From the NCBI GenBank assembly GCA_036261915.1, contig DATAJX010000006.1:23546-87545 (forward strand): 64,000 bases of DNA. The letters are read 5' to 3'. The DNA is from Alphaproteobacteria bacterium (GTDB lineage: Bacteria; Pseudomonadota; Alphaproteobacteria; UBA2136; UBA6156). Below are positions 45,756-55,327 of the stretch, piece by piece. The stretch's first letter is position 1. Every line of letters starts with the position of its first letter. The translations under genes and the position numbers were made by a program. A model generated the notes under the pieces. It saw only the letters and a list, made by a program, of their open reading frames with translations. It was not told where the DNA came from and made no database searches.

Positions 45756-47099
45756 TTACATCATCGGCCCTTCAACCCGGGCATCCACGCCAAGGCTCTT
45801 CAGCTTGCGGTGAAGCGCAGAACGCTCCATGCCCACAAAGTCGGCGGTGCGGGAAACGTTGCCGTTGAAGCGCATCAGCTGGCTGGTCAGGTAATTCTTC
45901 TCAAACAGCTCGCGGGCCTGGCGCAGCGGCATGGCCACGGCGGTTTCCATCACGTTGCTGGCCACCATGTCGCCACGGGTCAGTTCGGGCGGCAACAGCT
46001 CGGGGGTAATGCTCTGGCCGGCATGCATGATGATCAGCCACTCGCACAGATTCTTCAGCTGGCGGATGTTCCCGGGCCACGGGTAGCTGGTCAAAATGGC
46101 CATGGTCGCGGGCGCGATCTTCGGCTGGGCGGCGGCGTCGGGCGCCATCACCTTCAAAAAGTGCTGAACCAGCGTGGGAATGTCCACGCTGCGGTCGCGC
46201 AAGGCGGGCAACGGCAGCGGCACAACGGCTACGCGGTAAAACAGGTCGGCGCGGAACTTGTTCTGCTCGATCAGCACCTTCAAATCCTTGCTGGTGCTGC
46301 TGATCACGCGCACGTCAGCTTCCATGGGTATGCCGGTGTGCGGGTCCGGAATGGTCCCTTCCTGCAAAAACTTCAGCAAGCGGGCCTGCATCGCGGGGGT
46401 CAGGTCGGCAATTTCGTCAAGGAAAAGCGAACCGCCTTTACCCTGCGAAACCATGCTGGCCAGAGTCAGTTCAAAGGTCTGGTCGCTCACGGCACCGGGG
46501 GCCATGATCACGAACGGGCGGTCGGCGCGGCGGCTGCCTTTGTGAACAAGACGCGCGGCAATTTCCTTGCCGGCACCGGGCTCGCCCTGCACCAGCAAAC
46601 GGCTTTCACCGGCGGCCACCTGCTTGATGGTCTGGCGCACGGTGGCGATCTCGCTGCTAATGCCCAGCAATTCCTGCACCTCGCCGCCCTTGGCGCGCAG
46701 CAGGTAGTTTTCCTTGCGCAACTGGGCTTCGCGGATGGCGCGGCTCACCGTCAGCAATAAACGCTCCACGCTCGGCGGTTTTTCAATAAAGTCGTAGGCA
46801 CCCTTCTGGGTGGCCTGCACGGCGGTCTCGATGGTGCCGTGGCCCGAGATCATGATCACCGGCAACTCCGGCACGCGGCGCTTGATGCGGCCGAGCACTT
46901 CCAGCCCGTCCATGCCTTCCATCCAAATGTCCAGCAGCACCAGGTGCGGCAGCTTCTGGCTCATCATCTCCAGCGCCTGCTGGCCGCTTTCGGCTACGCG
47001 TACGTTGTAGCCGTCGTCCTCCAGAATCCCCGCCAGCGCGGTGCGGACGTCGGCCTCGTCATCTACGACCAGAATATCGTGACTTACCTGACTTGCCAT
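45756..47099 (-). CDS. ntrX: Sigma-54-dependent response regulator NtrX
   Basis: Receiver domain (ILVVDDEADVR...D), AAA+ domain (GEPGAGKE) and C-terminal HTH. Confidence 0.9.
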   Translation of the reverse strand: MASQVSHDILVVDDEADVRTALAGILEDDGYNVRVAESGQQALEMMSQKLPHLVLLDIWMEGMDGLEVLGRIKRRVPELPVIMISGHGTIETAVQATQKGAYDFIEKPPSVERLLLTVSRAIREAQLRKENYLLRAKGGEVQELLGISSEIATVRQTIKQVAAGESRLLVQGEPGAGKEIAARLVHKGSRRADRPFVIMAPGAVSDQTFELTLASMVSQGKGGSLFLDEIADLTPAMQARLLKFLQEGTIPDPHTGIPMEADVRVISSTSKDLKVLIEQNKFRADLFYRVAVVPLPLPALRDRSVDIPTLVQHFLKVMAPDAAAQPKIAPATMAILTSYPWPGNIRQLKNLCEWLIIMHAGQSITPELLPPELTRGDMVASNVMETAVAMPLRQARELFEKNYLTSQLMRFNGNVSRTADFVGMERSALHRKLKSLGVDARVEGPMM

Positions 47100-49362
47100 G
47101 CGTTCCCCCTTTAACTTTCAATTTCTTCTCTTTTTTCCTGCCGGTGGCGGCCGCGCCTGCAACCAAAAAGGCTGCGGGCACAATCTGCGGCAAACTCAAT
47201 TCCACCGCGGCGCCACCTTCCGGCCTCCGTCGCAGGCGGGCCTGGCCATCGTGTTCGTCCATCACGCGCCTCACCATCGCCAGCCCCAGGCCGGTCCCCC
47301 CTTTGCGTGTCGTCACATAGGGGTCGAACAGGTGTTCCTCCTCAACCTCGGGGGGCAAGCCCTTGCCGTTGTCGAGAACCGTGACCGACACCTTATCAGA
47401 TTGTGTCTTTTTAACAACAACCTCAATGCGGCCTTTTGGCAACGAAGTGCCTGTTCTTTCCTCAATCGCGTGCGTGGCGTTCTCCAAAAGGTTCACCAGA
47501 ACGCGGTTCACGAATTGCCCACGGTCGGCCACCACATTGTCTTCGCCCGGCTTCAGCTGGTTGGTCACCACAAATTCGATGCTCGAGGCCTTGGGCCGTT
47601 GCACCGCCACCGCCTCTTCCACGATCTCGATCAGGCTCTCGTCCTTTTTAATCGCCCCGGGCAGGCGGGCAAATTCGCTGAACTCATTGGTCATGCGCCG
47701 CATGTCTTCGGCCTGGTTGATGATGGTGGTGGTCAGCTCCTTGTACAGCTTCTGGTCGGCCTCGGGGATATGCGTAAAGTACTTCCGCTGCAACCGCTCG
47801 GCACTCAGCTTGATGGGCGTCAGCGGGTTTTTAATTTCATGCGCCAACCGCCGCGCCACGTCGCGCCATGCCGCCAAACGCTGCGCCCCGATCAACGGTG
47901 TGATGTCGTCAAACGTCAGCACCACGCCACCCACCTTGCCGCCTTCCACATATTGCGGCACCAGCCGAACCTGCAGCATGCGGCTGCCACCGCCCGGCAC
48001 ATCCACCTTCAGCTCATGCTCTTCCAACCCGCGGGGGAATTTCACCGTATTGGCCGCCAACTCGCCCAGCGGCGGCACAGCCTTGTCCAGCACCAGCCCC
48101 TTCTTCAACCCCAGCATGCGCTCGGCACCGGCATTGGCCAGCACCACCAGCCCACGCTCATCCACGCGCAGCACTCCGGCGGTCACCCCGGTCAGCACGG
48201 CCTCCATCTGGCGGCGGCGCTCATCCAGCTCGTGGTTCTTGCGCTCCAGCAGGTCGCGGTTGTGCAGCAACTGCTGCGCCATGCGGTTAAAGGCCTGCGT
48301 CAGCACACCCAATTCGTCGTCAAAACGCGGCGTCAGGCGCACGTCATATTCACCGGCGCTCACCTGGTTGGTAGCCTGCACCAGCGCCGTCACCGGCTGC
48401 ACAATGCGGTTGGCCAAACGCAACCCGGTCCAGCTGGCACCGGCCAAACCGCCTAAGCCCAGCATCACCAAAAACAGCGTGGCCAGCAGGCGTATCTTGT
48501 CGCGCTCCTCCCGCAGCTTGAAGTACTCCTGGTACGCGGCATTGGTCTGGTCCACCCGGGCCAGCACGGCGGGGTTCACGGTCTGCTGTCCCACCAGCCA
48601 CAGGTCGCCGCGCACCGGCACCAGCGCCACGATCTGCCCGGCGCGGTTGGCCTTCATCACAAACGGGCTGGGCAAGGGCGAATCCATCGCCGCAACCGCC
48701 TCGGGCGGCAAATTCACGCTGCCAAAGCCGCCGCCGGTGGCCATCTGGCGGCCATTGCTGTCCAGCACCGCCAGCATGTCCAGGTTCTTCGCCGCCGCCT
48801 GCTCGGCCAGCCAGCGACGCAGGCTCAACGGGTCCAGCATCAGCGGGTCGCGCCATACTGTATCGCGGCCCATGCCCTGCACTTCCAGCAGCAGACCGTG
48901 CTCGTGCTCATCAAGGTAGGCCTGCGCCGCCTCAAGGCTGCCTTCCAGCGCCCCGGTCACCTTGCCGCTAAACCAGCTTTCAACGCCCTGGTTCAGCAGG
49001 TAGATCGCCATCAACGTCACGCAGGCGGCAGGCACAATGGCCAAAAAGCTGAAGATCGCCAGCAACCGAATGTGCAAACGCCCCCCGGCCAGCCGCCCGC
49101 GGCGGTCCAAAAACATCACCAATACCTTGCGGCCGATGTACAAAACCAAAAAGGTCAGGATGATGACGTTCACGTTGATCAACGCCAGGTAAGCAGGCCC
49201 CGAAAGCTCGGGCTGCAAAACCCCGGCCAGCAAAATGCCCACCACGCCCAAAAGGCCCAGTATGGCGGCGCCAAAAGCCCCGGTTTTCAGCCAGCGGTAG
49301 GCATGGCTGGTGTGCCCCTTGGGCCGCCGCCGTTCCTGCATCCCCGCCATCAATTCAGTCAT
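47059..49362 (-). CDS. ntrY: Sensor histidine kinase NtrY
   Basis: TM segments, HAMP, PAS, HisKA (HEIKNPLTPI) and HATPase. Overlaps ntrX by 41 nt. Confidence 0.9.
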   Translation of the reverse strand: MTELMAGMQERRRPKGHTSHAYRWLKTGAFGAAILGLLGVVGILLAGVLQPELSGPAYLALINVNVIILTFLVLYIGRKVLVMFLDRRGRLAGGRLHIRLLAIFSFLAIVPAACVTLMAIYLLNQGVESWFSGKVTGALEGSLEAAQAYLDEHEHGLLLEVQGMGRDTVWRDPLMLDPLSLRRWLAEQAAAKNLDMLAVLDSNGRQMATGGGFGSVNLPPEAVAAMDSPLPSPFVMKANRAGQIVALVPVRGDLWLVGQQTVNPAVLARVDQTNAAYQEYFKLREERDKIRLLATLFLVMLGLGGLAGASWTGLRLANRIVQPVTALVQATNQVSAGEYDVRLTPRFDDELGVLTQAFNRMAQQLLHNRDLLERKNHELDERRRQMEAVLTGVTAGVLRVDERGLVVLANAGAERMLGLKKGLVLDKAVPPLGELAANTVKFPRGLEEHELKVDVPGGGSRMLQVRLVPQYVEGGKVGGVVLTFDDITPLIGAQRLAAWRDVARRLAHEIKNPLTPIKLSAERLQRKYFTHIPEADQKLYKELTTTIINQAEDMRRMTNEFSEFARLPGAIKKDESLIEIVEEAVAVQRPKASSIEFVVTNQLKPGEDNVVADRGQFVNRVLVNLLENATHAIEERTGTSLPKGRIEVVVKKTQSDKVSVTVLDNGKGLPPEVEEEHLFDPYVTTRKGGTGLGLAMVRRVMDEHDGQARLRRRPEGGAAVELSLPQIVPAAFLVAGAAATGRKKEKKLKVKGGTHGKSGKSRYSGRR

Positions 49363-49477
49363 CGCACCAGCTATACCCCAAGGGGCCGGGTGTCGTCACC
49401 CAAACTGCTTTTCAAACAAGCCACCGTGTCGTATACAACACCATCTGTTTCCTCGCTTTTCGCAAAGGTTCATCCCC

Positions 49478-50119
49478 ATGGAATACCTCACCGCACCCCC
49501 AACCCAAAAACTGCTGCCGCCCCGCTGCACCATCGCCCTGTTCGACGTCGAGGCCAACAACGCCAACGCCGAAAAGCTCGCCGTCGCCGGCAGCGCGGTG
49601 GCGGTGGGCGGCGCGGCATTCCTGTGGCCCGAGGCCACGCCCACGCCCACGGTGCTGCGGCGCAGTACGTTCTACCGCGCCATCACACCCAAGCTGCAAA
49701 GCAATCAAATGGCGCAGGAGTTCTTCCAAAAGCACCCGCACGCGCTGGCGGCCACAAGGCTCGAACCCACCGAACCGTTCTTCGCCGGGGTGTCGTTCCT
49801 TCACTGGCTGGGCCACCTGCTGCGCAACTTCAACCGGCCGCTGGTGCTCATGTCGGCGCCGCACAGCTACGACGGCGCCCACCTCAACCACCTGCTGCCG
49901 CGCAACGAATACCTCGCGCTGCAACTGCAAAGCCGTACGGCGGTGGGCCAGCAACCGGTCTGGCACGATGTGGCCGAAACCATCGCGGCCCACAAAAACC
50001 TCACGCAGGCCGAAGCCAGCCGGCAGTACCACGCACACCTGCCGCCGCTGCCGCACATCGCCGATGTCGACAGCCTGCTGCAAGGCTTCGCCACCATGAA
50101 GGCGCTCACGGCCCCGTAA
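49478..50119 (+). CDS. Hypothetical protein with weak DEDD-exonuclease-like motifs
   Basis: Contains IALFDVEANNANAEK and ...YHAHLPPLPHIADVDSLLQGF. The RBS is poor and the start is uncertain. Confidence 0.35.
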   Translation: MEYLTAPPTQKLLPPRCTIALFDVEANNANAEKLAVAGSAVAVGGAAFLWPEATPTPTVLRRSTFYRAITPKLQSNQMAQEFFQKHPHALAATRLEPTEPFFAGVSFLHWLGHLLRNFNRPLVLMSAPHSYDGAHLNHLLPRNEYLALQLQSRTAVGQQPVWHDVAETIAAHKNLTQAEASRQYHAHLPPLPHIADVDSLLQGFATMKALTAP

Positions 50120-50225
50120 TAAAAGGCCCCGCACGCGGGGCCTTTTTTATTTGCCATGTCAAAGGCTTAGGTATATACGGCCCGCAGTAACCACCGCGTT
50201 ATCTTCCTTTTTAACGGAGGCCGCC

Positions 50226-50504
50226 ATGGCCGTCATCAAATTCCACGACGTCGTCACTCCCACCGACTGGACCGCCGAACAGCAGGCCTTCGTCCGCAAC
50301 CTGCTGGCGGCCCGCGATCACAACCCCACCTACCGGCAAACACTCACGCTCAACCTCATCGGCCGCATGGTCGCAAAAACCCCGGGGCAAATGAACCGCT
50401 TCAACACCGAAGCCGGCTTCGCCATCCCCTACGGCCCGCGCAAAAAGAAGCGCGCCAAACACAAGCCCTCGCGCAAAAGCAAAACCAAGATCAGGCGCAA
50501 ATAA
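50226..50504 (+). CDS. Hypothetical protein with a highly basic C-terminal tail
   Basis: A GGAGG Shine-Dalgarno sequence lies upstream. MAVIKFHDVVTPTDW...PRKKKRAKHKPSRKSKTKIRRK. A terminator hairpin (ggcgcccgcc...ggtgggcgcc plus a T-run) follows. Confidence 0.45.
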   Translation: MAVIKFHDVVTPTDWTAEQQAFVRNLLAARDHNPTYRQTLTLNLIGRMVAKTPGQMNRFNTEAGFAIPYGPRKKKRAKHKPSRKSKTKIRRK

Positions 50505-50574
50505 CACCCGCATCGTCCCGCGTCCTGGCGCCCGCCTTTTATATAAGGTGGGCGCCATGTTTTTAGGCGCCCCT

Positions 50575-50626
50575 CGCGTACGCGTACGCGCGTACATACA
50601 CCTACGCGCATGCCCGCGCACGCAGG
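50575..50626. promoter_or_regulatory. Alternating purine-pyrimidine (Z-DNA-prone) tract upstream of topA
   Basis: cgcgtacgcgtacgcgcgtacatacacctacgcgcatgcccgcgcacgc. A TTGACA hexamer lies at 50636-50641, 32 nt before the topA ATG. Confidence 0.4.
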
Positions 50627-50672
50627 TAAACCCTGTTGACACAACGTCTTTTGCCGTCCATTTTCCGGCCCA

Positions 50673-52970
50673 ATGTCAAACGCATCGCAAAACGCACTGG
50701 TCATCGTCGAAAGCCCCGCCAAAGCCAAAACCATCGAAGGTTATCTCGGCAAGGGCTACACCGTGCTGGCGTCGTTCGGCCACATCCGCGACCTGCCCAG
50801 CAAAGAAGGCGCGGTCGAACCGGATAACGATTTCGCGATGCACTACCGCGTCAGCCCCGACAGTGAAAAGCACGTCAAGGCCATCATGTCGGCGGTCAAA
50901 AAAGTCGATACACTGTATCTGGCGACCGACTTGGACCGCGAAGGGGAAGCCATCAGCTGGCACGTCTGGCAGGTGATCAAGGAGCGCGACCCCAAACTGG
51001 CCGCCAAACTCAACGTACACCGCATCGAATTCGACGAGATCACCAAGTCGGCCATCCAGCACGCCATCGCCCACCCGCGCGAACTGTCGCTCAACCTCAT
51101 CGACGCCCAGCAGGCCCGCCGCGCGCTCGATTACCTTGTCGGTTTCACGCTCAGCCCGGTGCTGTGGCGCAAGGTCAAAACCGGCCTATCCGCAGGCCGC
51201 GTGCAAAGCGTGGCGCTGCGCCTGCTGTGCGAACGCGAAGACGCGATCGAAGCCTTCAAGCCCGACGAATACTGGACCCTGCACGGCGCGTTCAAAACGC
51301 CCAAGGGCGCGGCCCTGCCCGCCAACCTCGGCATTTACAACGGCACCAAGGTCGAAAAGTTCACCTTCACCAACGAGGCCAACGCCACCGCCGCCAAAAA
51401 CGCGCTCACCCCGCCCGGCTACACCGTGGCCGATGTCGAAAAATCGCCGCGCAACCGCTACCCGGCGCCTCCCTTCACCACCAGCACCATCCAGCAAGAG
51501 GCCTCGCGCAAACTGGGCTTCGCTGCGCGCCGCACCATGATGGCCGCGCAACGTTTATACGAAGCCGGTCACATCACCTACATGCGTACCGACTCGGTGC
51601 ACCTGGCCACCGAAGCCGTGGGCAAGATCCGCGATGCCATCAGCAAGTTCTACCCCGGCGCATTGCCCAGCAGCCCGCTCAGCTACAAGAGCAAGCAAAA
51701 GAACGCGCAAGAAGCCCACGAAGCCATCCGCCCCACCGACGCTTTCGCGCGCCCCGGCAGCCTGCGGCTCGAGGCCGACCAGGCCCGCCTGTACGAACTC
51801 ATCTGGCAACGCACCGTGGCCTGCCAAATGGCGCCCGCGCAAATGGAACAGACCGTCATCACCATCAACGATGCTTCCGGCAAGCACCAGTTCCGCGCCA
51901 CCGGCAGCGTGGTGGTCGTGCCCGGCTTCCTCAGCGTGTACCGCGAAGACGAAGACGACGTCGCCGCTGGCTCCGACGACGACAAGATCCTCCCCGCGGT
52001 AAACAAGGGCGACAAACTCGATACCATCCGCATCGACGCCGACCAGCACTTCACCGAGCCGCCGCCCCGCTTCTCCGAAGCCTCACTGGTCAAGGCGCTC
52101 GAAGAGCACGGCATCGGCCGCCCCTCCACTTATGCCAGCATTATCAGCACCTTGCAGGATAGAGGTTATGTACGCATTGAACAGCGCCGCTTCTTCCCTG
52201 AGGATGTCGGCCGCGTGGTCAACAAGTTCCTCAGCACCTATTTCGACGAGTACATCAACGTCAAATTCACCGCCGAAATGGAAGACGACCTCGACGCCAT
52301 CGCGCGCGGCGAGCACGACTGGAAACCCACCCTGCGCCAGTTCTGGACACCCTTCAAAAAGCAGGTCGACGAACGCGCCGAAACGGTCAAAAAAGCCGAC
52401 ATGTTCGAGCCGACCGGCGAAAAGTGCCCCGAATGCGGCGAAGGCGACCTCATCTGGCGCCTCTCGCGCTTCGGCCGCAAGTTCAAGGGCTGCAACCGCT
52501 ACCCCGAGTGCACGTACATCGAAAAGACCGGCCCCGACGCCGCCGGCCCCGAACTCATGGGCATCCCCTGCCCCAAGTGCACGCCCACCGGCGGCGCGGG
52601 CGAACTCGCCAAGCGCGTCAGCCGCCGCGGCAAGGTCTTCTACAGCTGCAACACCTGGCCCAAGTGCGACTACGCGCTGTGGGACGAGCCGGTGAAGCAG
52701 GCCTGCCCCAAGTGCAAATGGCCCATCATCACCAAAAAGGAATCGAAGAAGTTCGGCACCTGGCACCGCTGCCCGCAAAAGGATTGCGACTGGAACGATA
52801 ATGCCGAAGCCGCGGCCATGAACGCCGCCTTCGCCGCCCGCTTCAAAAAGCGCACCGCGCCCGAAGGCACCACCGCCTCGGCCGCTAAAGGCAAGGCCGC
52901 CCCCAAGGCAGCCAAGGCCGCGCCCGCCAAAAAAGCCTCGGCCAAAAAACCGGCAGCGAAGAAAAAATAA
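50673..52970 (+). CDS. topA: DNA topoisomerase I
   Basis: TOPRIM (LVIVESPAKAKTI), active-site Tyr region, C-terminal zinc ribbons (CPECGEG, CPKCT, CPKCKW) and a Lys/Ala-rich tail. Confidence 0.95.
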   Translation: MSNASQNALVIVESPAKAKTIEGYLGKGYTVLASFGHIRDLPSKEGAVEPDNDFAMHYRVSPDSEKHVKAIMSAVKKVDTLYLATDLDREGEAISWHVWQVIKERDPKLAAKLNVHRIEFDEITKSAIQHAIAHPRELSLNLIDAQQARRALDYLVGFTLSPVLWRKVKTGLSAGRVQSVALRLLCEREDAIEAFKPDEYWTLHGAFKTPKGAALPANLGIYNGTKVEKFTFTNEANATAAKNALTPPGYTVADVEKSPRNRYPAPPFTTSTIQQEASRKLGFAARRTMMAAQRLYEAGHITYMRTDSVHLATEAVGKIRDAISKFYPGALPSSPLSYKSKQKNAQEAHEAIRPTDAFARPGSLRLEADQARLYELIWQRTVACQMAPAQMEQTVITINDASGKHQFRATGSVVVVPGFLSVYREDEDDVAAGSDDDKILPAVNKGDKLDTIRIDADQHFTEPPPRFSEASLVKALEEHGIGRPSTYASIISTLQDRGYVRIEQRRFFPEDVGRVVNKFLSTYFDEYINVKFTAEMEDDLDAIARGEHDWKPTLRQFWTPFKKQVDERAETVKKADMFEPTGEKCPECGEGDLIWRLSRFGRKFKGCNRYPECTYIEKTGPDAAGPELMGIPCPKCTPTGGAGELAKRVSRRGKVFYSCNTWPKCDYALWDEPVKQACPKCKWPIITKKESKKFGTWHRCPQKDCDWNDNAEAAAMNAAFAARFKKRTAPEGTTASAAKGKAAPKAAKAAPAKKASAKKPAAKKK

Positions 52971-52979
52971 CCGCCCATA

Positions 52980-53012
52980 AAAAACGCCCCGGCAAAACCG
53001 GGGCGTTTTTTT
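52980..53012. terminator. Bidirectional rho-independent terminator
   Basis: aaaaacgccccggcaaaaccggggcgttttttt. Confidence 0.8.
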
Positions 53013-53016
53013 CCAG

Positions 53017-53340
53017 TTACATCACTGGCGTGGTGATAAAGAAAGCCGCGTTGGGCTTTCCATTCTCACCGTCATCATACGCACCAATCTGGGTCAGCAC
53101 GTATCCCTTGTTCAACAGCTCAAGGGCCAGCTTCCGAAACAGGTCAGTGGCAAAATAGGCTTCCGCCTCTTTCTCACTGTCTGTCACGGCTTCCAGCGTC
53201 AGGCCTTTCGCCAGCTTTTTCTGATACTTCAGAATCTGCCGCCGAAATTCAGTATCGATGCGTTCCATGGCATCGATAACCGAGGCCTTTCTCCGTGGCC
53301 GAGATTCAGGCGCCTGCGCAATCATGTCCAAACCGCTCAT
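53017..53340 (-). CDS. Hypothetical protein
   Basis: 107 aa, with a coding-like composition. No family recognised. Confidence 0.4.
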   Translation of the reverse strand: MSGLDMIAQAPESRPRRKASVIDAMERIDTEFRRQILKYQKKLAKGLTLEAVTDSEKEAEAYFATDLFRKLALELLNKGYVLTQIGAYDDGENGKPNAAFFITTPVM

Positions 53341-53510
53341 AATCGTTTCTCCAGATGTTTCGACCCAAAACGGGCGAATTCCCCTTATATATAGGGCGCA
53401 AAATCTGTTTTTCCAGCCACCTTGCCCAAATTTTCACGCCACCAGATCTTCACAAAACCAAGGTGGTTTCCTTATGGCTTTTTTGCGCCCGCCGGTGGCA
53501 CCATCATGTC

Positions 53511-53786
53511 ATGCCAAGCAGAACACCATACACCGACCTATTGCACACTCAGGGCGTGCTCATCACCCGTCACCCGCTGCCGGAAGACGAAGACGCACAC
53601 CCTTTCAGCAACAGCGAGGCCGACGACCTCGAAAGCGAAGTGGCCGAACGCGAAGACGAAGAAGTGCTCATGCCCACCGAGCAGATCGAAGAAGTGCTCT
53701 ATTTGAATAAAGACGACATCGCCGACTCCGACGAAAGCCAGGAGTGGCAGGTCGAACAAACCAAGCGCGGCGTTAACGCCGGCTAA
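53511..53786 (+). CDS. Hypothetical highly acidic protein
   Basis: MPSRTPYTDLLHTQGVLITRHPLPEDEDAHPFSNSEADDLESEVAEREDEEVLMPTEQIEEVLYLNKDDIADSDESQEWQVEQTKRGVNAG. A terminator follows. Confidence 0.35.
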   Translation: MPSRTPYTDLLHTQGVLITRHPLPEDEDAHPFSNSEADDLESEVAEREDEEVLMPTEQIEEVLYLNKDDIADSDESQEWQVEQTKRGVNAG

Positions 53787-53815
53787 AAAAAGCCTCCCGT
53801 CGGGGAGTCTTTTTT
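53787..53815. terminator. Bidirectional rho-independent terminator
   Basis: aaaaaagcctcccgtcggggagtctttttt. Confidence 0.75.
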
Positions 53816-54161
53816 ACTTCGCCGCAGGCTTGGTCACCGGCACGGTGGCCGATACCGAACCCGCATTGCACGCAATGATCATGTTGCGGTTATGGGTCGT
53901 ACGGCTCTGCGAACCCCTGCCCGCCTTATACACGCCGTACGAATCGCTCTCGCGGCCTTTCTCGTAGGTCTTCTCAAGCTTCTTGTACCCGGCGCTGCCG
54001 CAAAGCTTGCCCGCTTCCTCGTAGCAATCGCCCCATGCGTAATAGCCACCGTCACAATAAACGCTGTACCCGGCGCTGCCGTCTTCCAGCACGATCGGCG
54101 TATTCCCCACGCAACCCGCCATCATGGCCGCCACGGCGGTAATACCCACATATTTCAGCAT
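53814..54161 (-). CDS. Cys-rich lipoprotein, hypothetical
   Basis: Lipobox MMAGC. The mature part is rich in Cys, Tyr and Gly. Confidence 0.5.
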   Translation of the reverse strand: MLKYVGITAVAAMMAGCVGNTPIVLEDGSAGYSVYCDGGYYAWGDCYEEAGKLCGSAGYKKLEKTYEKGRESDSYGVYKAGRGSQSRTTHNRNMIIACNAGSVSATVPVTKPAAK

Positions 54162-54235
54162 CTGTTTTCCCCTTGTTTTAGCGGGGCAAGTCTAATCAAC
54201 CGAAGCGGCAGGCGCAATGCCCGCCGCTACAAATT

Positions 54236-54943
54236 TCAACCAACGCGAGTACTCTTGGCCTTGCCCGCCAGCGCGGCCCGTATCTCGCCAAGCTTGCACA
54301 CCATCAGGGGAAGCTTGTGCTCGCGGCACAGGGCAATGGCGTTGGCATCCATCACCTTCAGGTCGTCCACCAGCACTTCCTTGTAGCTTACCTTGGCAAA
54401 GTGCTTGGCCTTCTTATCCTTCACCGGGTCGGCACTGTAAATGCCGTCCACCTTGGTGGCCTTGATCAGCAGGTCGGCCTGCAGTTCAATGGCGCGCAAC
54501 GCCCCGGCGGTATCGGTGGTGAAGAACGGGTTGCCGGTCCCGGCGGCCAAAATCACCACGCGGCCCTTCTCCATGTGCCGCACGGCGCGGCGCTTGATGT
54601 ACGGCTCGGCCATGCTGTACACGGTCACGGCAGTCATCACGCGGGTGGGCACCCCCAGCTGTTCCAGCGCGCTCTGCAACGCCAACCCGTTGATCACGGT
54701 GGCCAGCATCCCCATCTGGTGGGCGGTCGAATCCTCAATGCCCGCGGCAATGGCCTCGCGGCCGCGCACAATGTTGCCGCCGCCGATCACCACACCCACC
54801 TGCAGCTTGTCGTCCTGCAGGCTCTTGATCTCGCGGGCGATCAGGGCAATGGCCTTGCCGTCCAGAATGTCGCTTTTGCTCTTGGCCTCGTCGCCGCCAA
54901 AGCGCTCGCCGCTCACCTTCACCAACACACGCCGTAATGCCAT
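54236..54943 (-). CDS. pyrH: UMP kinase
   Basis: RVLVKVSGE, GGGNIVRG and TGNPFFTTDTAGALRA motifs. Confidence 0.95.
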   Translation of the reverse strand: MALRRVLVKVSGERFGGDEAKSKSDILDGKAIALIAREIKSLQDDKLQVGVVIGGGNIVRGREAIAAGIEDSTAHQMGMLATVINGLALQSALEQLGVPTRVMTAVTVYSMAEPYIKRRAVRHMEKGRVVILAAGTGNPFFTTDTAGALRAIELQADLLIKATKVDGIYSADPVKDKKAKHFAKVSYKEVLVDDLKVMDANAIALCREHKLPLMVCKLGEIRAALAGKAKSTRVG

Positions 54944-55016
54944 GGGTACACCCTTGCTTTATTTTCCCCACGATACTACACCTTCTGCGTCTGCAATATC
55001 TCACGGAGCATTTCAA

Positions 55017-55271
55017 ATGGGCAAAGTTGTCCAAACCGCTCAAGGCCCCATGTGGCAACGTACAAGGCTCGAAAAGATATTCCTTTCCCTCCAGCTTCCC
55101 TTCGTCGTGGGCCACCCCGTCACCGGCCTGTGCGTGGGCATCCTGGGCAATGCCGTGCTTTATTCAACCATCGTCACCGGCTACAACTTCGGCGTTCCTG
55201 CGGGCATCGGCACCGCCCTCCTCACCGCGATCCTGTTCATCTGGTTCTGCTGGGTAAACCTGCTCGATTAA
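55017..55271 (+). CDS. Small hypothetical membrane protein (84 aa)
   Basis: Two predicted TM helices. A terminator lies immediately downstream. Confidence 0.35.
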   Translation: MGKVVQTAQGPMWQRTRLEKIFLSLQLPFVVGHPVTGLCVGILGNAVLYSTIVTGYNFGVPAGIGTALLTAILFIWFCWVNLLD

Positions 55272-55300
55272 AAAAAGCCCCGGCAAAACCGGGGCTTTTT
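55270..55300. terminator. Bidirectional rho-independent terminator (same hairpin family as 52980..53012)
   Basis: aaaaaagccccggcaaaaccggggctttttc. Confidence 0.8.
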
Positions 55301-55327
55301 CACGTCGATACGCCTTAGGCCAACTTA

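Noticed and set aside
47098-48919. 452-aa and 518-aa plus-strand ORFs opposite ntrY
   Set aside because: Antisense to a sensor kinase with all its canonical motifs.
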